A stretch of DNA of 55,227 nt from a virus (IMGVR_UViG_3300032282_000541:1-55227); one strand, 5' to 3'; counted from the stretch's first letter, positions 18,747 through 27,491 are shown. Notes: generated by a model from the sequence alone, not told the origin. Program-made: numbers and translations.

Positions 18747-19028
18747 TTATTCAGAATATGCAATGGCTTGCAGTTTACTGATACGCTCATTGATCTCAGT
18801 CACGGTCTTCTGGTATTCGGCCATGACCTTTTGCTTTTGCTTTTCCAATGCGGCAATTTTTTGTGCCCGTGGATCATAGTCTTCTGGCACGTCAATTTCG
18901 ATTTGTTGTTCGCAGACATAGGTGCGGTAATTGTCGTCGTCAGCTTTGAAGCTAAGAACCTCAAACTGGCCTTCTTCATCCCATTCGTACTTGCAATAGT
19001 GAATGTGTGCGGTTGTTTTGACTTTCAT
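18747..19028 (-). CDS. Hypothetical protein with C-terminal coiled coil
   Basis: Start MKVKTT after AAGGAG, overlapping the upstream stop. Confidence 0.55.
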   Translation of the reverse strand: MKVKTTAHIHYCKYEWDEEGQFEVLSFKADDDNYRTYVCEQQIEIDVPEDYDPRAQKIAALEKQKQKVMAEYQKTVTEINERISKLQAIAYSE

Positions 19029-19234
19029 GCTAGGGCTCCTTTGGCAAGTTTCATTTGGCGTTCGCGGATGGCATCGATCTCTGCCCACAATTTGATGTAG
19101 TAGGGATCGTCGGTTGGCAGGTGGTTGTTCACCTGCAAAGTGGTATGGCAGTCTTGCAATGCATGGGCACACATGTTGGAGTCGTACCCCTTAAATTTGT
19201 TGGTGCAGGTTTCGCGCAATTGTCCGTATGTCAT
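19025..19234 (-). CDS. Hypothetical protein
   Basis: 69 aa with RBS. Confidence 0.55.
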   Translation of the reverse strand: MTYGQLRETCTNKFKGYDSNMCAHALQDCHTTLQVNNHLPTDDPYYIKLWAEIDAIRERQMKLAKGALA

Positions 19235-19271
19235 AGTGTTTTCCTTGTGGGGGCCAAAGCCCCCGAGTTGA

Positions 19272-19619
19272 TTACTTGACTGGTGTCACGCGGATGTCGG
19301 CGCGGCCTTCTTTGCGGAAGGTGTTCAGCACGTCCTTCTGGATGCCGTATGCCACGCACAGCTTGGCGTAGTCCACGGTGCCAGAGACTGCGACCAGCTT
19401 GACAGTGACAGAATGCAATTCGCCTTTGTGTGGAATGTCGTCGCCGTTGGCATCTTTTGCACATTCGCCATATTTGTTGGCGATGGCATGCTTCATTGCC
19501 TCAACTTGTTTTGCCAATGCCTTGGCTTGCTGGTCGAGCACGAAGAGTGCGTCGATATCGTTTGTGAAAGACTCGATAGTTGCGAGTGCTTGGATAGTGG
19601 CTTGTGTTTCTGTGATCAT
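19272..19619 (-). CDS. Hypothetical early protein
   Basis: GGAG RBS; downstream of a promoter repeat. Confidence 0.6.
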   Translation of the reverse strand: MITETQATIQALATIESFTNDIDALFVLDQQAKALAKQVEAMKHAIANKYGECAKDANGDDIPHKGELHSVTVKLVAVSGTVDYAKLCVAYGIQKDVLNTFRKEGRADIRVTPVK

Positions 19620-19661
19620 TTGGAATCTCCATTTAAACCTGCGATGTTGCAGTGAACGAAG

Positions 19662-19678
19662 TCTAACACAAAGTTAGA
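19662..19678 (-). promoter_or_regulatory. Promoter/operator repeat
   Basis: tctaacacaaagttaga. Confidence 0.7.
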
Positions 19679-19745
19679 TTCTGTTGGCAAGACTTTTCTC
19701 AATTATTTTTGTAGGTGCTTTCCCTAATGTTGTTATGTGAACTAT

Positions 19746-20018
19746 TTATTTAGTAGTCAGACTACTAAATACGTTTGAAACAGTGACATTCAGGGCATCC
19801 AACTCTTTCATTTTGGCTATAGCCCATGCACGTTTCTCCCCGTGCCAGCCCATCTTGGAGCCTTGGTGGCAGGACTTGCACAGAGCCACCACGGTGTAGT
19901 GCAGTCCCTGCTCAATGTGGTGGGCATCGGAGGGGCCGGGCACCCCGCATACAGAGCAGGGTTGCTCTTTGACCATACCTACCCACAGGCGCTCCAGCTT
20001 GTTGTAGCTACCGTTCAT
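19746..20018 (-). CDS. Zn-binding HNH-like protein (DUF968/Ref-like)
   Basis: CSVC...DAHH...ALCKSCH motif; start at the 4-nt overlap. Confidence 0.65.
   Translation of the reverse strand: MNGSYNKLERLWVGMVKEQPCSVCGVPGPSDAHHIEQGLHYTVVALCKSCHQGSKMGWHGEKRAWAIAKMKELDALNVTVSNVFSSLTTK
19748..19770. repeat. Perfect 23-bp palindrome containing the dispersed GTAGTCAGACTAC motif
   Basis: atttagtagtc-a-gactactaaat. Confidence 0.9.
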
Positions 20019-20356
20019 GTCACCGCCTTGTCGAATGCCCGGTTGCTGGCCTCCTGAGAGCGCCACACGTCGATTCGTGCCTGCGCCGACACCAACCCCC
20101 AGCGATACGTTTCTTCGGCCTCTACGGCTGATTCCAGCCCATTCAGCACTTCGATGTAGACCGGGTCTGCGTAGGCTTCAATCTCGGCCACCGCCGCCGA
20201 CTTTGCCCGGCCATCTGATAACGCCGCTTTCATCAGCATGGCCTTCTGGCTTTTGCGGTACTCTTCCAGATACACCCGGTGCGCTCTGGCTTCCGCATAC
20301 TTGCGTCCGTGGGTGTACAGGTAGTCCACTGCGTCGTTGATGTCCTTCTGATTCAT
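20015..20356 (-). CDS. Conserved helical phage protein
   Basis: EAYADPVY...IDVWRSQEASNR. Confidence 0.65.
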   Translation of the reverse strand: MNQKDINDAVDYLYTHGRKYAEARAHRVYLEEYRKSQKAMLMKAALSDGRAKSAAVAEIEAYADPVYIEVLNGLESAVEAEETYRWGLVSAQARIDVWRSQEASNRAFDKAVT

Positions 20357-20392
20357 TTTGCTTCCCCTGAATTTGTCTTTTACGCCAGCCGC

Positions 20393-20842
20393 TCATGATC
20401 CGAACCGGGCGATCAATGCGGCATCTGCGAATGCTTGGCCTGCGCCCTTCTTGTCCAGTTCACGCCACTGCGGCCACAACTGCAACGCCTTTGACCTTGC
20501 CTCGTCCTTGTCCTTGCCGTTGACTCCAACGGCCTTCTTCCACGACTGAGGGGTGACGTTGGTCACAGGTATTTCAAGGGCTCCCAGCACGCCCATAACG
20601 CTTCCCACAGCATGGCCGAAGGTGAACATCGATGTCACACCTTGGCCGGGCATGGCACCCACCTGCTCAATCACAGCTTTGTCAATGTTGAGAAATCGAA
20701 TGAGGGATGCCAATGCGGCAGTGTTCACTCGGTTGTTCTTTCCAACCATGTAGGTGGGCATGCGCTCCCACTCAATTGGGTTGCCGTCTTCCAGCAAAAC
20801 AAATGCGCCGGACAGGCCGGGGTCGATACCAAGGACTCTCAT
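20393..20842 (-). CDS. RuvC-like Holliday junction resolvase
   Basis: VLGIDPG, IEQV..MPGQGVTS.F.FG, PQSWKK, ADAALIA. Confidence 0.88.
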   Translation of the reverse strand: MRVLGIDPGLSGAFVLLEDGNPIEWERMPTYMVGKNNRVNTAALASLIRFLNIDKAVIEQVGAMPGQGVTSMFTFGHAVGSVMGVLGALEIPVTNVTPQSWKKAVGVNGKDKDEARSKALQLWPQWRELDKKGAGQAFADAALIARFGS

Positions 20843-21282
20843 GTGTTCTTCTCCTCGGCGTAGCCGTTCTTTAGCTTGAGTTTGGCTTCAATGGCTCTAG
20901 CAAATGATGTAACCATAGTCATTGTGCTTCTGTCTGGTTTTGTAGCTTCTTCCCACAAATTCCTAATTTCTTCTCCTTCTAGCCCTACCCATGTGCGCTG
21001 TGATGGGGTGATTGGGTCGCATATATGGCATACCTGACCTTGATTGCAATCACACACAGGCTCTTGGCTTTTCAACTCTGCAATAGCTTGGCGTAGTGCA
21101 GTGGTGGCGGCATCAATCTCTATATTGGCTTCATCTGCTCCACAGTTGCACTCATCTCGCTCAGAATCATTGGAGCATCCTTGGTGATGTTTTGGGCATG
21201 AATACCAAGTGTCTTCGCAGTAGTAATGCGTCTGCCTGTTGTTATCCAACGCCCTAAGCGCCTGTTTCAATACTTCAATCAT
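20839..21282 (-). CDS. Hypothetical mosaic protein
   Basis: Cys-rich inserts; ends FARAIEAKLK. Confidence 0.55.
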   Translation of the reverse strand: MIEVLKQALRALDNNRQTHYYCEDTWYSCPKHHQGCSNDSERDECNCGADEANIEIDAATTALRQAIAELKSQEPVCDCNQGQVCHICDPITPSQRTWVGLEGEEIRNLWEEATKPDRSTMTMVTSFARAIEAKLKLKNGYAEEKNT

Positions 21283-21436
21283 GCTTGTTTCTCCAACTGG
21301 CTTATGAATTCTTGAATTGTGAAAAAGGCTTCTTCTGCGCCAAACAAGCCCAATACTGGTTTGCCGTTTACCGAACCCGATGTTTCGATTAGCGCAAGCA
21401 GTGCAATCAATTCAACAAATTGTTCTTCAGTTATGT

Positions 21437-21640
21437 TCATGCTTGCTCTCCTCTGGCTCTGATGGCTTGGGCAATCGTGCTACCGATAACGCCAAAACCG
21501 GAATCGGCAATCGTTGCACAGGCTTCACGTTCAACGGCGGCTATTGTTTCCAATTGACCACGCAAATTAGCAATCGTCAGCAACAAAGAATCTCTTGCAG
21601 TTTTTAATCTTTCATATTCAATTGTTTCTTCATCGGTCAT
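21437..21640 (-). CDS. Hypothetical protein (EREACA motif)
   Basis: EREACA...AIRARG. Confidence 0.55.
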   Translation of the reverse strand: MTDEETIEYERLKTARDSLLLTIANLRGQLETIAAVEREACATIADSGFGVIGSTIAQAIRARGEQA

Positions 21641-21915
21641 GACTTGCCTTTCAATATAAATTTTGGACAGCGTTGCAAAATAAATCGTGATGGGGTTTGT
21701 GGTTTGCCAAACCTGTCAGGCATCTTGATGCACTTGTGATCGATGTAGTTCTTGCACTCAAAGCAAAGTCTGCGGTCGTCACCAATGTCTGCATCACGCT
21801 CCCACAACTTGTCGGCCAAGTTCCATGCATCGTCAGCACTCAACCCTTGCTCTTCAAACACCTTGCGACGACGTGTGTGTTTAGCGACTGCAATATCTGT
21901 TTCTTCTGCGGTCAT
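21637..21915 (-). CDS. Small Cys-containing protein
   Basis: DDRRLCFEC...LQRCPKF. Confidence 0.6.
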   Translation of the reverse strand: MTAEETDIAVAKHTRRRKVFEEQGLSADDAWNLADKLWERDADIGDDRRLCFECKNYIDHKCIKMPDRFGKPQTPSRFILQRCPKFILKGKS

Positions 21916-22355
21916 GCTGGAACCTTTAACATCATTTCTTGAGTGCGCTTCTCGGTGGCTCTATGAGCGGCGATCATGGTGCGTGCAGGTAAGTTCTCCA
22001 ACACCATTTCGTAGTCTTCCAACACGCCGCGCAAGGTGACCATGTCAGGGCCATTCAGGCGCAATGACATGCCCTTTTGCAAATGCCTCATGCCTGCGTT
22101 TGCCAGTGCTGTGACTGCGTCTCCAATGGCATCTTGCTCGTCGGCAACAAGACCCATATCCAGCAATGTCTGCATCATGTTCACTGCATCAAAAACAACT
22201 TCCCAGTCTTTGAGAGTGACTTCAGGGGCTCTCTCAATATTTTCAAGGCCAGCCTTCATGATGGTGAGTTGGTTGTCACGTTTTTGTTTTGGCAGTGGCT
22301 CTGTTGGGCTTGCCAGCAGTACATCCCAATGGCTGTAGCTGAATTTGGGTTTCAT
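21912..22355 (-). CDS. Hypothetical protein
   Basis: AGGAG RBS; 147 aa; downstream of a promoter repeat. Confidence 0.6.
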   Translation of the reverse strand: MKPKFSYSHWDVLLASPTEPLPKQKRDNQLTIMKAGLENIERAPEVTLKDWEVVFDAVNMMQTLLDMGLVADEQDAIGDAVTALANAGMRHLQKGMSLRLNGPDMVTLRGVLEDYEMVLENLPARTMIAAHRATEKRTQEMMLKVPA

Positions 22356-22394
22356 CTTTTCTCCTGTTATCCCACAACGGTGTGGTGCCTACAT

Positions 22395-22411
22395 TCTAAC
22401 ACAAAGTTAGA
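22395..22411 (-). promoter_or_regulatory. Promoter/operator repeat
   Basis: tctaacacaaagttaga, identical to the 19662 copy. Confidence 0.7.
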
Positions 22412-22640
22412 TTTCTGAAATGGTGATTGTTGAATCTACTCTGTTGATATGCATAGTTCCTGTGGTCACAAAATTCCAGTCGTGATCGTTGGGGTCTGCC
22501 TCAGTGTGTGAGTGGGCCAACAGCCAAACCCTCTTGCAAATCCATTCTTTGCCAGTCTCATCGAACACACGCCACTTGTGATCGATGGTGCCCCTGCCGG
22601 GTTGCCCGGCAGACTTGTTGTATCTGATCCTGAATTTCAT
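22407..22640 (-). CDS. Hypothetical protein
   Basis: MKFRIRYNKS... after a GGAGG RBS, coupled to the oxygenase gene. Confidence 0.55.
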   Translation of the reverse strand: MKFRIRYNKSAGQPGRGTIDHKWRVFDETGKEWICKRVWLLAHSHTEADPNDHDWNFVTTGTMHINRVDSTITISEI

Positions 22641-23272
22641 ATCACCTCCACGTCGGGCTCTTGTGGCTCTGGTGCTACTGCCACCGATAGGTTCATGTGA
22701 ACGAACCTCATGGGCTCTTGGCTCATGTTTTTGGTGAAAGAGTGGGGTAGCCATGCATTTGCAAATATCAGGGTTCCTGCATCCGGCGTGAACACGACTT
22801 GATGTGATCCCATGGTGATCTTGTTGGCATCCTTCTCAGGCAGGTTGATGATCACCTTGGCGTGCCTCGGATCGTGCAATACCAGCTTGCATGAGTTCTT
22901 GGGTGCGTCGATGAAATAGAACGCACTGATCTGCACTCCATGGCCGTGGATATGGGTTTCCATTGAAGACATGTGGCTGTGTTCTTGCGTCCACATCTCA
23001 GTGAAGAACGTCACCAAACTATCCATGTTGTAGCCCTGCGACTCAAGAATGTTCCATGCGGTCTGCGACACGTACCGGGAAAACTCTTCCAACTCTGGTT
23101 CATGTGCATAGGTTCCGGTCATAAGGGTGGCACCTTTTGAACCTTCACGATTGGCTTCTTCATACCTCGAAGACACTGTGCGAACTGCCTCCAAAAACTC
23201 AGGTTTTTTCACCACATAAATCGGGCTGGCAAAGTAGTGCGCTTCTTCAAGTTTGTCCATTCGTTTCTCCAA
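22637..23272 (-). CDS. Putative 2OG-Fe(II) oxygenase (TIGR02466-like)
   Basis: HIH...SAFYF...DPR...LIFANAWLPH...R..MN pattern. Confidence 0.78.
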   Translation of the reverse strand: MEKRMDKLEEAHYFASPIYVVKKPEFLEAVRTVSSRYEEANREGSKGATLMTGTYAHEPELEEFSRYVSQTAWNILESQGYNMDSLVTFFTEMWTQEHSHMSSMETHIHGHGVQISAFYFIDAPKNSCKLVLHDPRHAKVIINLPEKDANKITMGSHQVVFTPDAGTLIFANAWLPHSFTKNMSQEPMRFVHMNLSVAVAPEPQEPDVEVI

Positions 23273-23354
23273 ATAAATTCACGTCAGTCTAACATAGGGT
23301 TTGATTCTTCAGTCAAAAAAATCGGAGGCTCTCCCCCTTATTGACTCCTTATCA

Positions 23355-23590
23355 ATCCTTTCACCCAAAGACCCCCCTACCCCAGACGGAGTAGAGAGGG
23401 AAGGTGCTTCACCCCACTTGCGTGGATCATCATGTGAACGGTTTTACGTTCGACCCCTCGGCTTGATGATTCGACCAGCCGACTGGATTATTCGGGAACT
23501 GCCCCCTAGCCTTGCGGCATACCAGCTACGCTTTCCTTCCGCGCCACCACGACTGGGGTGCTTACTTTCGTGCGGAGTACGGCAGGGGTG
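23355..23590 (-). ncRNA. Candidate structured non-coding RNA
   Basis: Minus-strand hairpins with GNRA loops (GCC-GCAA-GGC, CCAC-GCAA-GTGG) and a 12-bp stem that needs G-U pairs. Confidence 0.5.
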
Positions 23591-23597
23591 AGAAAAC

Positions 23598-23715
23598 AAA
23601 AAAAGCCGTTAAGACAAACCCCGGTGAGAACTCATCCCCCTTTTGAGAGGATGGCACCCCATGCGGGGTCGGAGTTTGACTTAACGGCTTTCATTTGCAC
23701 AGGTTCTCACGCCTT
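23598..23715 (-). ncRNA. C4/CI-like antisense RNA cloverleaf
   Basis: 12-bp closing stem AAAGCCGTTAAG/CTTAACGGCTTT plus T-run, two internal hairpins, and an unpaired GTTCTCAC complementary to upstream GTGAGAAC. Confidence 0.6.
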
Positions 23716-23780
23716 GCAATTCAAATTCTATCAACAGGTCTCACGACATGTCAACACCAAAAACAAAATGGTGTCGCATT

Positions 23781-23855
23781 TGGTAGCGGGGGCTGGATTC
23801 GCACCAGCGATCTACGGGTTATGAGCCTGTCGAGTTACTACTTCTCCACCCCGCA
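23781..23855 (-). tRNA. tRNA-Met(CAT), initiator-like
   Basis: TGCGGGGTGGAGAAGTAGTAACTCGACAGGCTCATAACCCGTAGATCGCTGGTGCGAATCCAGCCCCCGCTACCA; cloverleaf, encoded CCA, 1:72 mismatch, close to bacterial tRNA-fMet. Confidence 0.92.
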
Positions 23856-23860
23856 ATAAG

Positions 23861-24103
23861 TTGTCGGCTACTTGCATTGTCTGGTTGACAATTAAGCAAC
23901 GTGGCGGTCTAGGCCATCCTTCAGCATCCGCTTTCACCAACAAGAGTATGGACTGTTTGCAGTTGCGACCTGCACAGAGCATCGGGATGAATGACTTGGG
24001 TTCGGCTGGCTTGCAAGACACCTTACCGCAGAGGTCACATGACCGACTTCATACCTGCCAATCCACACACTTGTTGGCGTTGGCGTTTACAGTCCACCAA
24101 CAC
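23861..24103 (-). ncRNA. Structured RNA elements upstream of the tRNA
   Basis: 18-bp stem 23938-23955/24059-24076 with G-U pairs; GAA/AGUA loop-E-like internal loop in 23861-23943. Confidence 0.45.
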
Positions 24104-24117
24104 GACCTTCTAGAGGG

Positions 24118-24987
24118 TCAGGAATATACCATTTCTTTTTTCTTCAGTTCCATGACCTTCGCAACGACCGCAAAAAGGCTTTCCCTTTGATGCAGGTCGT
24201 TGGCATCCCATCCCACAGTATCGGCCATCGTCCAAGGCAAACCTGTACTTATTGCCGATTTTTCTCCAGTCTTAGATTCATCGTTGTCGGCAAAAACATA
24301 CACCCTGCCGGGCACCTGATCGGCCACCTGCACCATGTTGCTGGCGCTGAAGCACACAACCACCGCCGCAGGCATGCCAACGCTCTTCAGGGCGTGTTTT
24401 AAGGACATCCCTGTGGCTACCCCTTCGACCAGCCAACTCTCGCCTGCATCGCGGTTTCCCAGCGTCAGGACGGCGTTCTTTGCCCTCATGCCATGGAGCA
24501 TCTTCTTTTCATACTTGCGAGTCTCTACGTCCCATCTGATCGACTGGTAGCCCTGCAACTTGTTGGTCACCACGTTCCGCATGGGGATCAACAGTTTGTC
24601 GTCCAGCACCAGCCCACGGGCTTCCTTGAACCCTTTGATCTCAAGGTAGGGGTGGTAGTCCTGCTTGGCCGACCGCAGGGTGATGTCAGCCTGCAAGGCG
24701 GCGTACTCGTACTTCTTGTCCTGTTCGCTGGCCGCTGTGGATCGTTTAGCCGCCCATGCACGCTTTTCTTCGTCAGTCCATGGTTTGGCATGCGGGTCTT
24801 CGTACCAGATCACTCTGGCCTCTCCTGACCAGTCCATGACCCATCCACGCTCACCATCCCAGAAGTAGGCACCATTGCCGGACTTTGGCTTCTCTACGGT
24901 GCCACACCGCTTGATCTTGTCGGACGCATACAGGCGGGTGTGATCAATCTCAACACCATGGGCTCGGGCAAAGTCAACGAAACGCAT
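24118..24987 (-). CDS. Toprim-domain DNA primase
   Basis: HPYL..KG, LLIPM, VEGVATG, FADND, DANDL. Confidence 0.85.
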   Translation of the reverse strand: MRFVDFARAHGVEIDHTRLYASDKIKRCGTVEKPKSGNGAYFWDGERGWVMDWSGEARVIWYEDPHAKPWTDEEKRAWAAKRSTAASEQDKKYEYAALQADITLRSAKQDYHPYLEIKGFKEARGLVLDDKLLIPMRNVVTNKLQGYQSIRWDVETRKYEKKMLHGMRAKNAVLTLGNRDAGESWLVEGVATGMSLKHALKSVGMPAAVVVCFSASNMVQVADQVPGRVYVFADNDESKTGEKSAISTGLPWTMADTVGWDANDLHQRESLFAVVAKVMELKKKEMVYS

Positions 24988-25177
24988 ACGCCCCCCTTAC
25001 ACCACACAGGCGTTCATACTTGGCACCACGCTTAAGGCGCTTGCACACATTGGCCTTGCTTTGAGCTTTGGCCTTCTGTTGAAGTTGTGCTGAAGTCAAG
25101 GGCGCTGGCGGCTCGTTGTACTGATACACCGAAAACCCGACAGCAACGGCCAGACAAACCAAATATTCTTTAATCAT
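24974..25177 (-). CDS. Small protein with N-terminal hydrophobic segment
   Basis: MIKEYLVCLAVAVGFSVY; 4-nt overlap with the helicase gene. Confidence 0.45.
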   Translation of the reverse strand: MIKEYLVCLAVAVGFSVYQYNEPPAPLTSAQLQQKAKAQSKANVCKRLKRGAKYERLCGVRGAYAFR

Positions 25178-26703
25178 TTGCCAGCCCCTTTCTTCCACGC
25201 CATGTTCAGTTGGGTAATTTTATTGATCACGTTCTTGCCAATCTCAACTGTAGGCGCAGTGGTGAACTTCCACGTCGGGTCTTGCCCGGTAATCTTCTTG
25301 AACAGGTGGTAGGCGCGGCCTTGTTGGTTTTCAGGCTTGCTGTGAATGCGTGCGTAGTTCACGACTTGGTGCCACAGGTGCTCGGCGTTGTCGGCAATCT
25401 TTTTCTTGTTCTTACCCTCGCCAATGAAGATTTCCTTCATGTGGCCGGGCAGTGCTTCGCTGATCTGCGTGCTGACCTTCTCGTGGCCGCAGGCCATGCA
25501 CCGCTTGTGAAACGGCTTGTAGCCACAGCGTGGGCAACCCTTGGCCTCAAACTCCTCCTGCTTACGAATGGCCTTGTCCAGCTTCTCGCCGTCGTCCAAC
25601 TTCGCCAGACCATTGAAGTAGATGTCGTTGAAGTCCTCAAAGAAGCGCACGATGTTGCCGCTGAAGTCCAGCAGGTAGCAGTCCTTCTTGCCAGTCTCGT
25701 TGGATGAGCGCAGGCCACGCCCCCACATCTGGATCGCAGTAGACAGCGACTTGCGTAAAGGACGGGCATCACAGATACAACCCACGTCAGGCACGTCAAA
25801 ACCCTTTGCAAGAGCCTCTACGCTGATCAGCACCCGCAAGTGGCTGTCGGGCTTCCTATACTCCTTCAGGAGGTCTTCCCGCTCCTTGGCGGTGGTGTCC
25901 GAAGTGAACACAGCGGCCATCACGCCGCTTGTAATAAATTGCCGGGCCATTTCTTCACAGTGCTTGATGGTCGCGCCAAACACAATGGTCTTGCGGTTCT
26001 CGCCAAACCTGTGCCAGTCAGCGACTACGTCACCAATAATTGCCATGCCACGCTCTTCAGCGGCTTTGTCTGTCCATTCGCCGCCTGCGGTAGCCGCGCC
26101 AGTCATGTCAGGCTTGTGGCAAGAGAAGATTCGCATAGGCACCAGCACGCCGTTTTGCGTCAGGTCGTACATGGTGGTGGCGTTGATCAAGTTGGTGAAT
26201 ATCTTGCCCAAGCCAACTGTGAAGGGTGTGGCCGATAAACCGACTACAGCGGCACCAGTGCTTTGTGCAAACTCAGTCCACGCCTTGTAAGCAGTGTGGG
26301 CTTCATCGACCACCAGAACATCCATCTTCGGCCAGAACTCACGCTTGGCAATCGTCTGGACGGATGCAATCTGCAACAGTTCGTCGGGCTTACGTCTCCA
26401 GTGATTGGCCTGAATTATCCCGTGGCTGTGCAGGCCGTAGTTGTCGGCCACCGTGGATGTTTGGTTGATCAGCGTGGTGCGGTCGCACAGGAATACTGCA
26501 CGCTTACCACGCTGGATCGCTTCATTGCAAATTCTCAACCCGAGGTAGGTCTTACCCGCCCCGGTGGGAGCCATGATGAGTTGGTTTTTATGCCCCTCAC
26601 GGAACCCCTGTCTCAATTCGTTGTGAGCATCAACTTGAAACTGCCGGGGGGTTGGGAATTTTGATCCATCATCACGCTCACTTGGCGCTAGGGAGTTGGT
26701 CAT
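25174..26703 (-). CDS. Superfamily 2 DNA helicase with Zn finger
   Basis: APTGAGKT, DEAH, SAT, KGFDVP, QMWGRGLR, CPRC/CMAC. Confidence 0.93.
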   Translation of the reverse strand: MTNSLAPSERDDGSKFPTPRQFQVDAHNELRQGFREGHKNQLIMAPTGAGKTYLGLRICNEAIQRGKRAVFLCDRTTLINQTSTVADNYGLHSHGIIQANHWRRKPDELLQIASVQTIAKREFWPKMDVLVVDEAHTAYKAWTEFAQSTGAAVVGLSATPFTVGLGKIFTNLINATTMYDLTQNGVLVPMRIFSCHKPDMTGAATAGGEWTDKAAEERGMAIIGDVVADWHRFGENRKTIVFGATIKHCEEMARQFITSGVMAAVFTSDTTAKEREDLLKEYRKPDSHLRVLISVEALAKGFDVPDVGCICDARPLRKSLSTAIQMWGRGLRSSNETGKKDCYLLDFSGNIVRFFEDFNDIYFNGLAKLDDGEKLDKAIRKQEEFEAKGCPRCGYKPFHKRCMACGHEKVSTQISEALPGHMKEIFIGEGKNKKKIADNAEHLWHQVVNYARIHSKPENQQGRAYHLFKKITGQDPTWKFTTAPTVEIGKNVINKITQLNMAWKKGAGK

Positions 26704-27491
26704 TTTTTGCCTTTCAGCTTATCGTTTTCTTTTTGAAGTTTCTTGCAAAGTTTTACTGCCTCGTTACGCTCATTCATCAACCCATGTATACGAACGTCAA
26801 GTTGAGCGTTCAGATGGTTCAGGCGTGTGATTTCGGCGTGTGCTGTTGCCAGTGCGTCGTCGGATTCCAACAGCTTGTACATGGCATCTTGGTCGGCCTG
26901 TAAAGCCAACTCATTTGCCTTCAGTTCAGCCTCGTCCGGGCCTTCGCCAACAAATGAGATTTCCTCAGAAAGCGTAGTCTGACTACTAGTTGCGGCCTCC
27001 TCAACGATCTGCTTGGCCTTCTCGACGGTGTGCTTTTTCTTAGACTCAGCCTGCTTTTTCTTGGTCTCCGGGTTACGGAGGGCACCAACAAATGACCGGG
27101 AAACGGCACAAATCTTGGCAATTTCGTAGTCGGTTTCGTCTTTGGTCAACTCATGAACCATGGCCGCTTCAACCACCTTGCGCTTGTCTTCATTGGTGCG
27201 TGGCTTGCCGTGCGTGCCATTGACACCAAACGACATGACCTGCGCTTCAAGTTGAGTGCCGGGCTTGTAGTTGATGTCCACTTGCTTGATGCCCAACAAC
27301 TTGTAAGCGTGATAGCGATGAAAGCCATCTACCAGCCAATGTGTTGCGCCATCAAACACCGTGAGCAAGGCGGGGAATACATCCCCTTCCTTCATGCACT
27401 CAACGTAGTGGTAGACAAGCTGTTGATCGATTAACTCACGGCCTTGGGTGCCGCCGTCGATCCTAATATCGTTCAAGTTTACTTTTTTCAT
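26700..27491 (-). CDS. ParB-like N-terminal domain protein with HTH and coiled coil
   Basis: LVDGFHRYHAY (GxxR motif), N-terminal IRID..TQ.R, HTH-like DYEIAKICAVSRSFV. Confidence 0.8.
   Translation of the reverse strand: MKKVNLNDIRIDGGTQGRELIDQQLVYHYVECMKEGDVFPALLTVFDGATHWLVDGFHRYHAYKLLGIKQVDINYKPGTQLEAQVMSFGVNGTHGKPRTNEDKRKVVEAAMVHELTKDETDYEIAKICAVSRSFVGALRNPETKKKQAESKKKHTVEKAKQIVEEAATSSQTTLSEEISFVGEGPDEAELKANELALQADQDAMYKLLESDDALATAHAEITRLNHLNAQLDVRIHGLMNERNEAVKLCKKLQKENDKLKGKK
26969..26990. repeat. Dispersed palindromic motif copy inside the parB-like gene
   Basis: Exact 22-nt reverse complement of 12397..12418. Confidence 0.9.

Noticed and set aside
23301-23591. 96-aa plus-strand ORF
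   Set aside because: Antisense to the operon, TTG start, no clear RBS; the region is better explained by minus-strand RNA structure.
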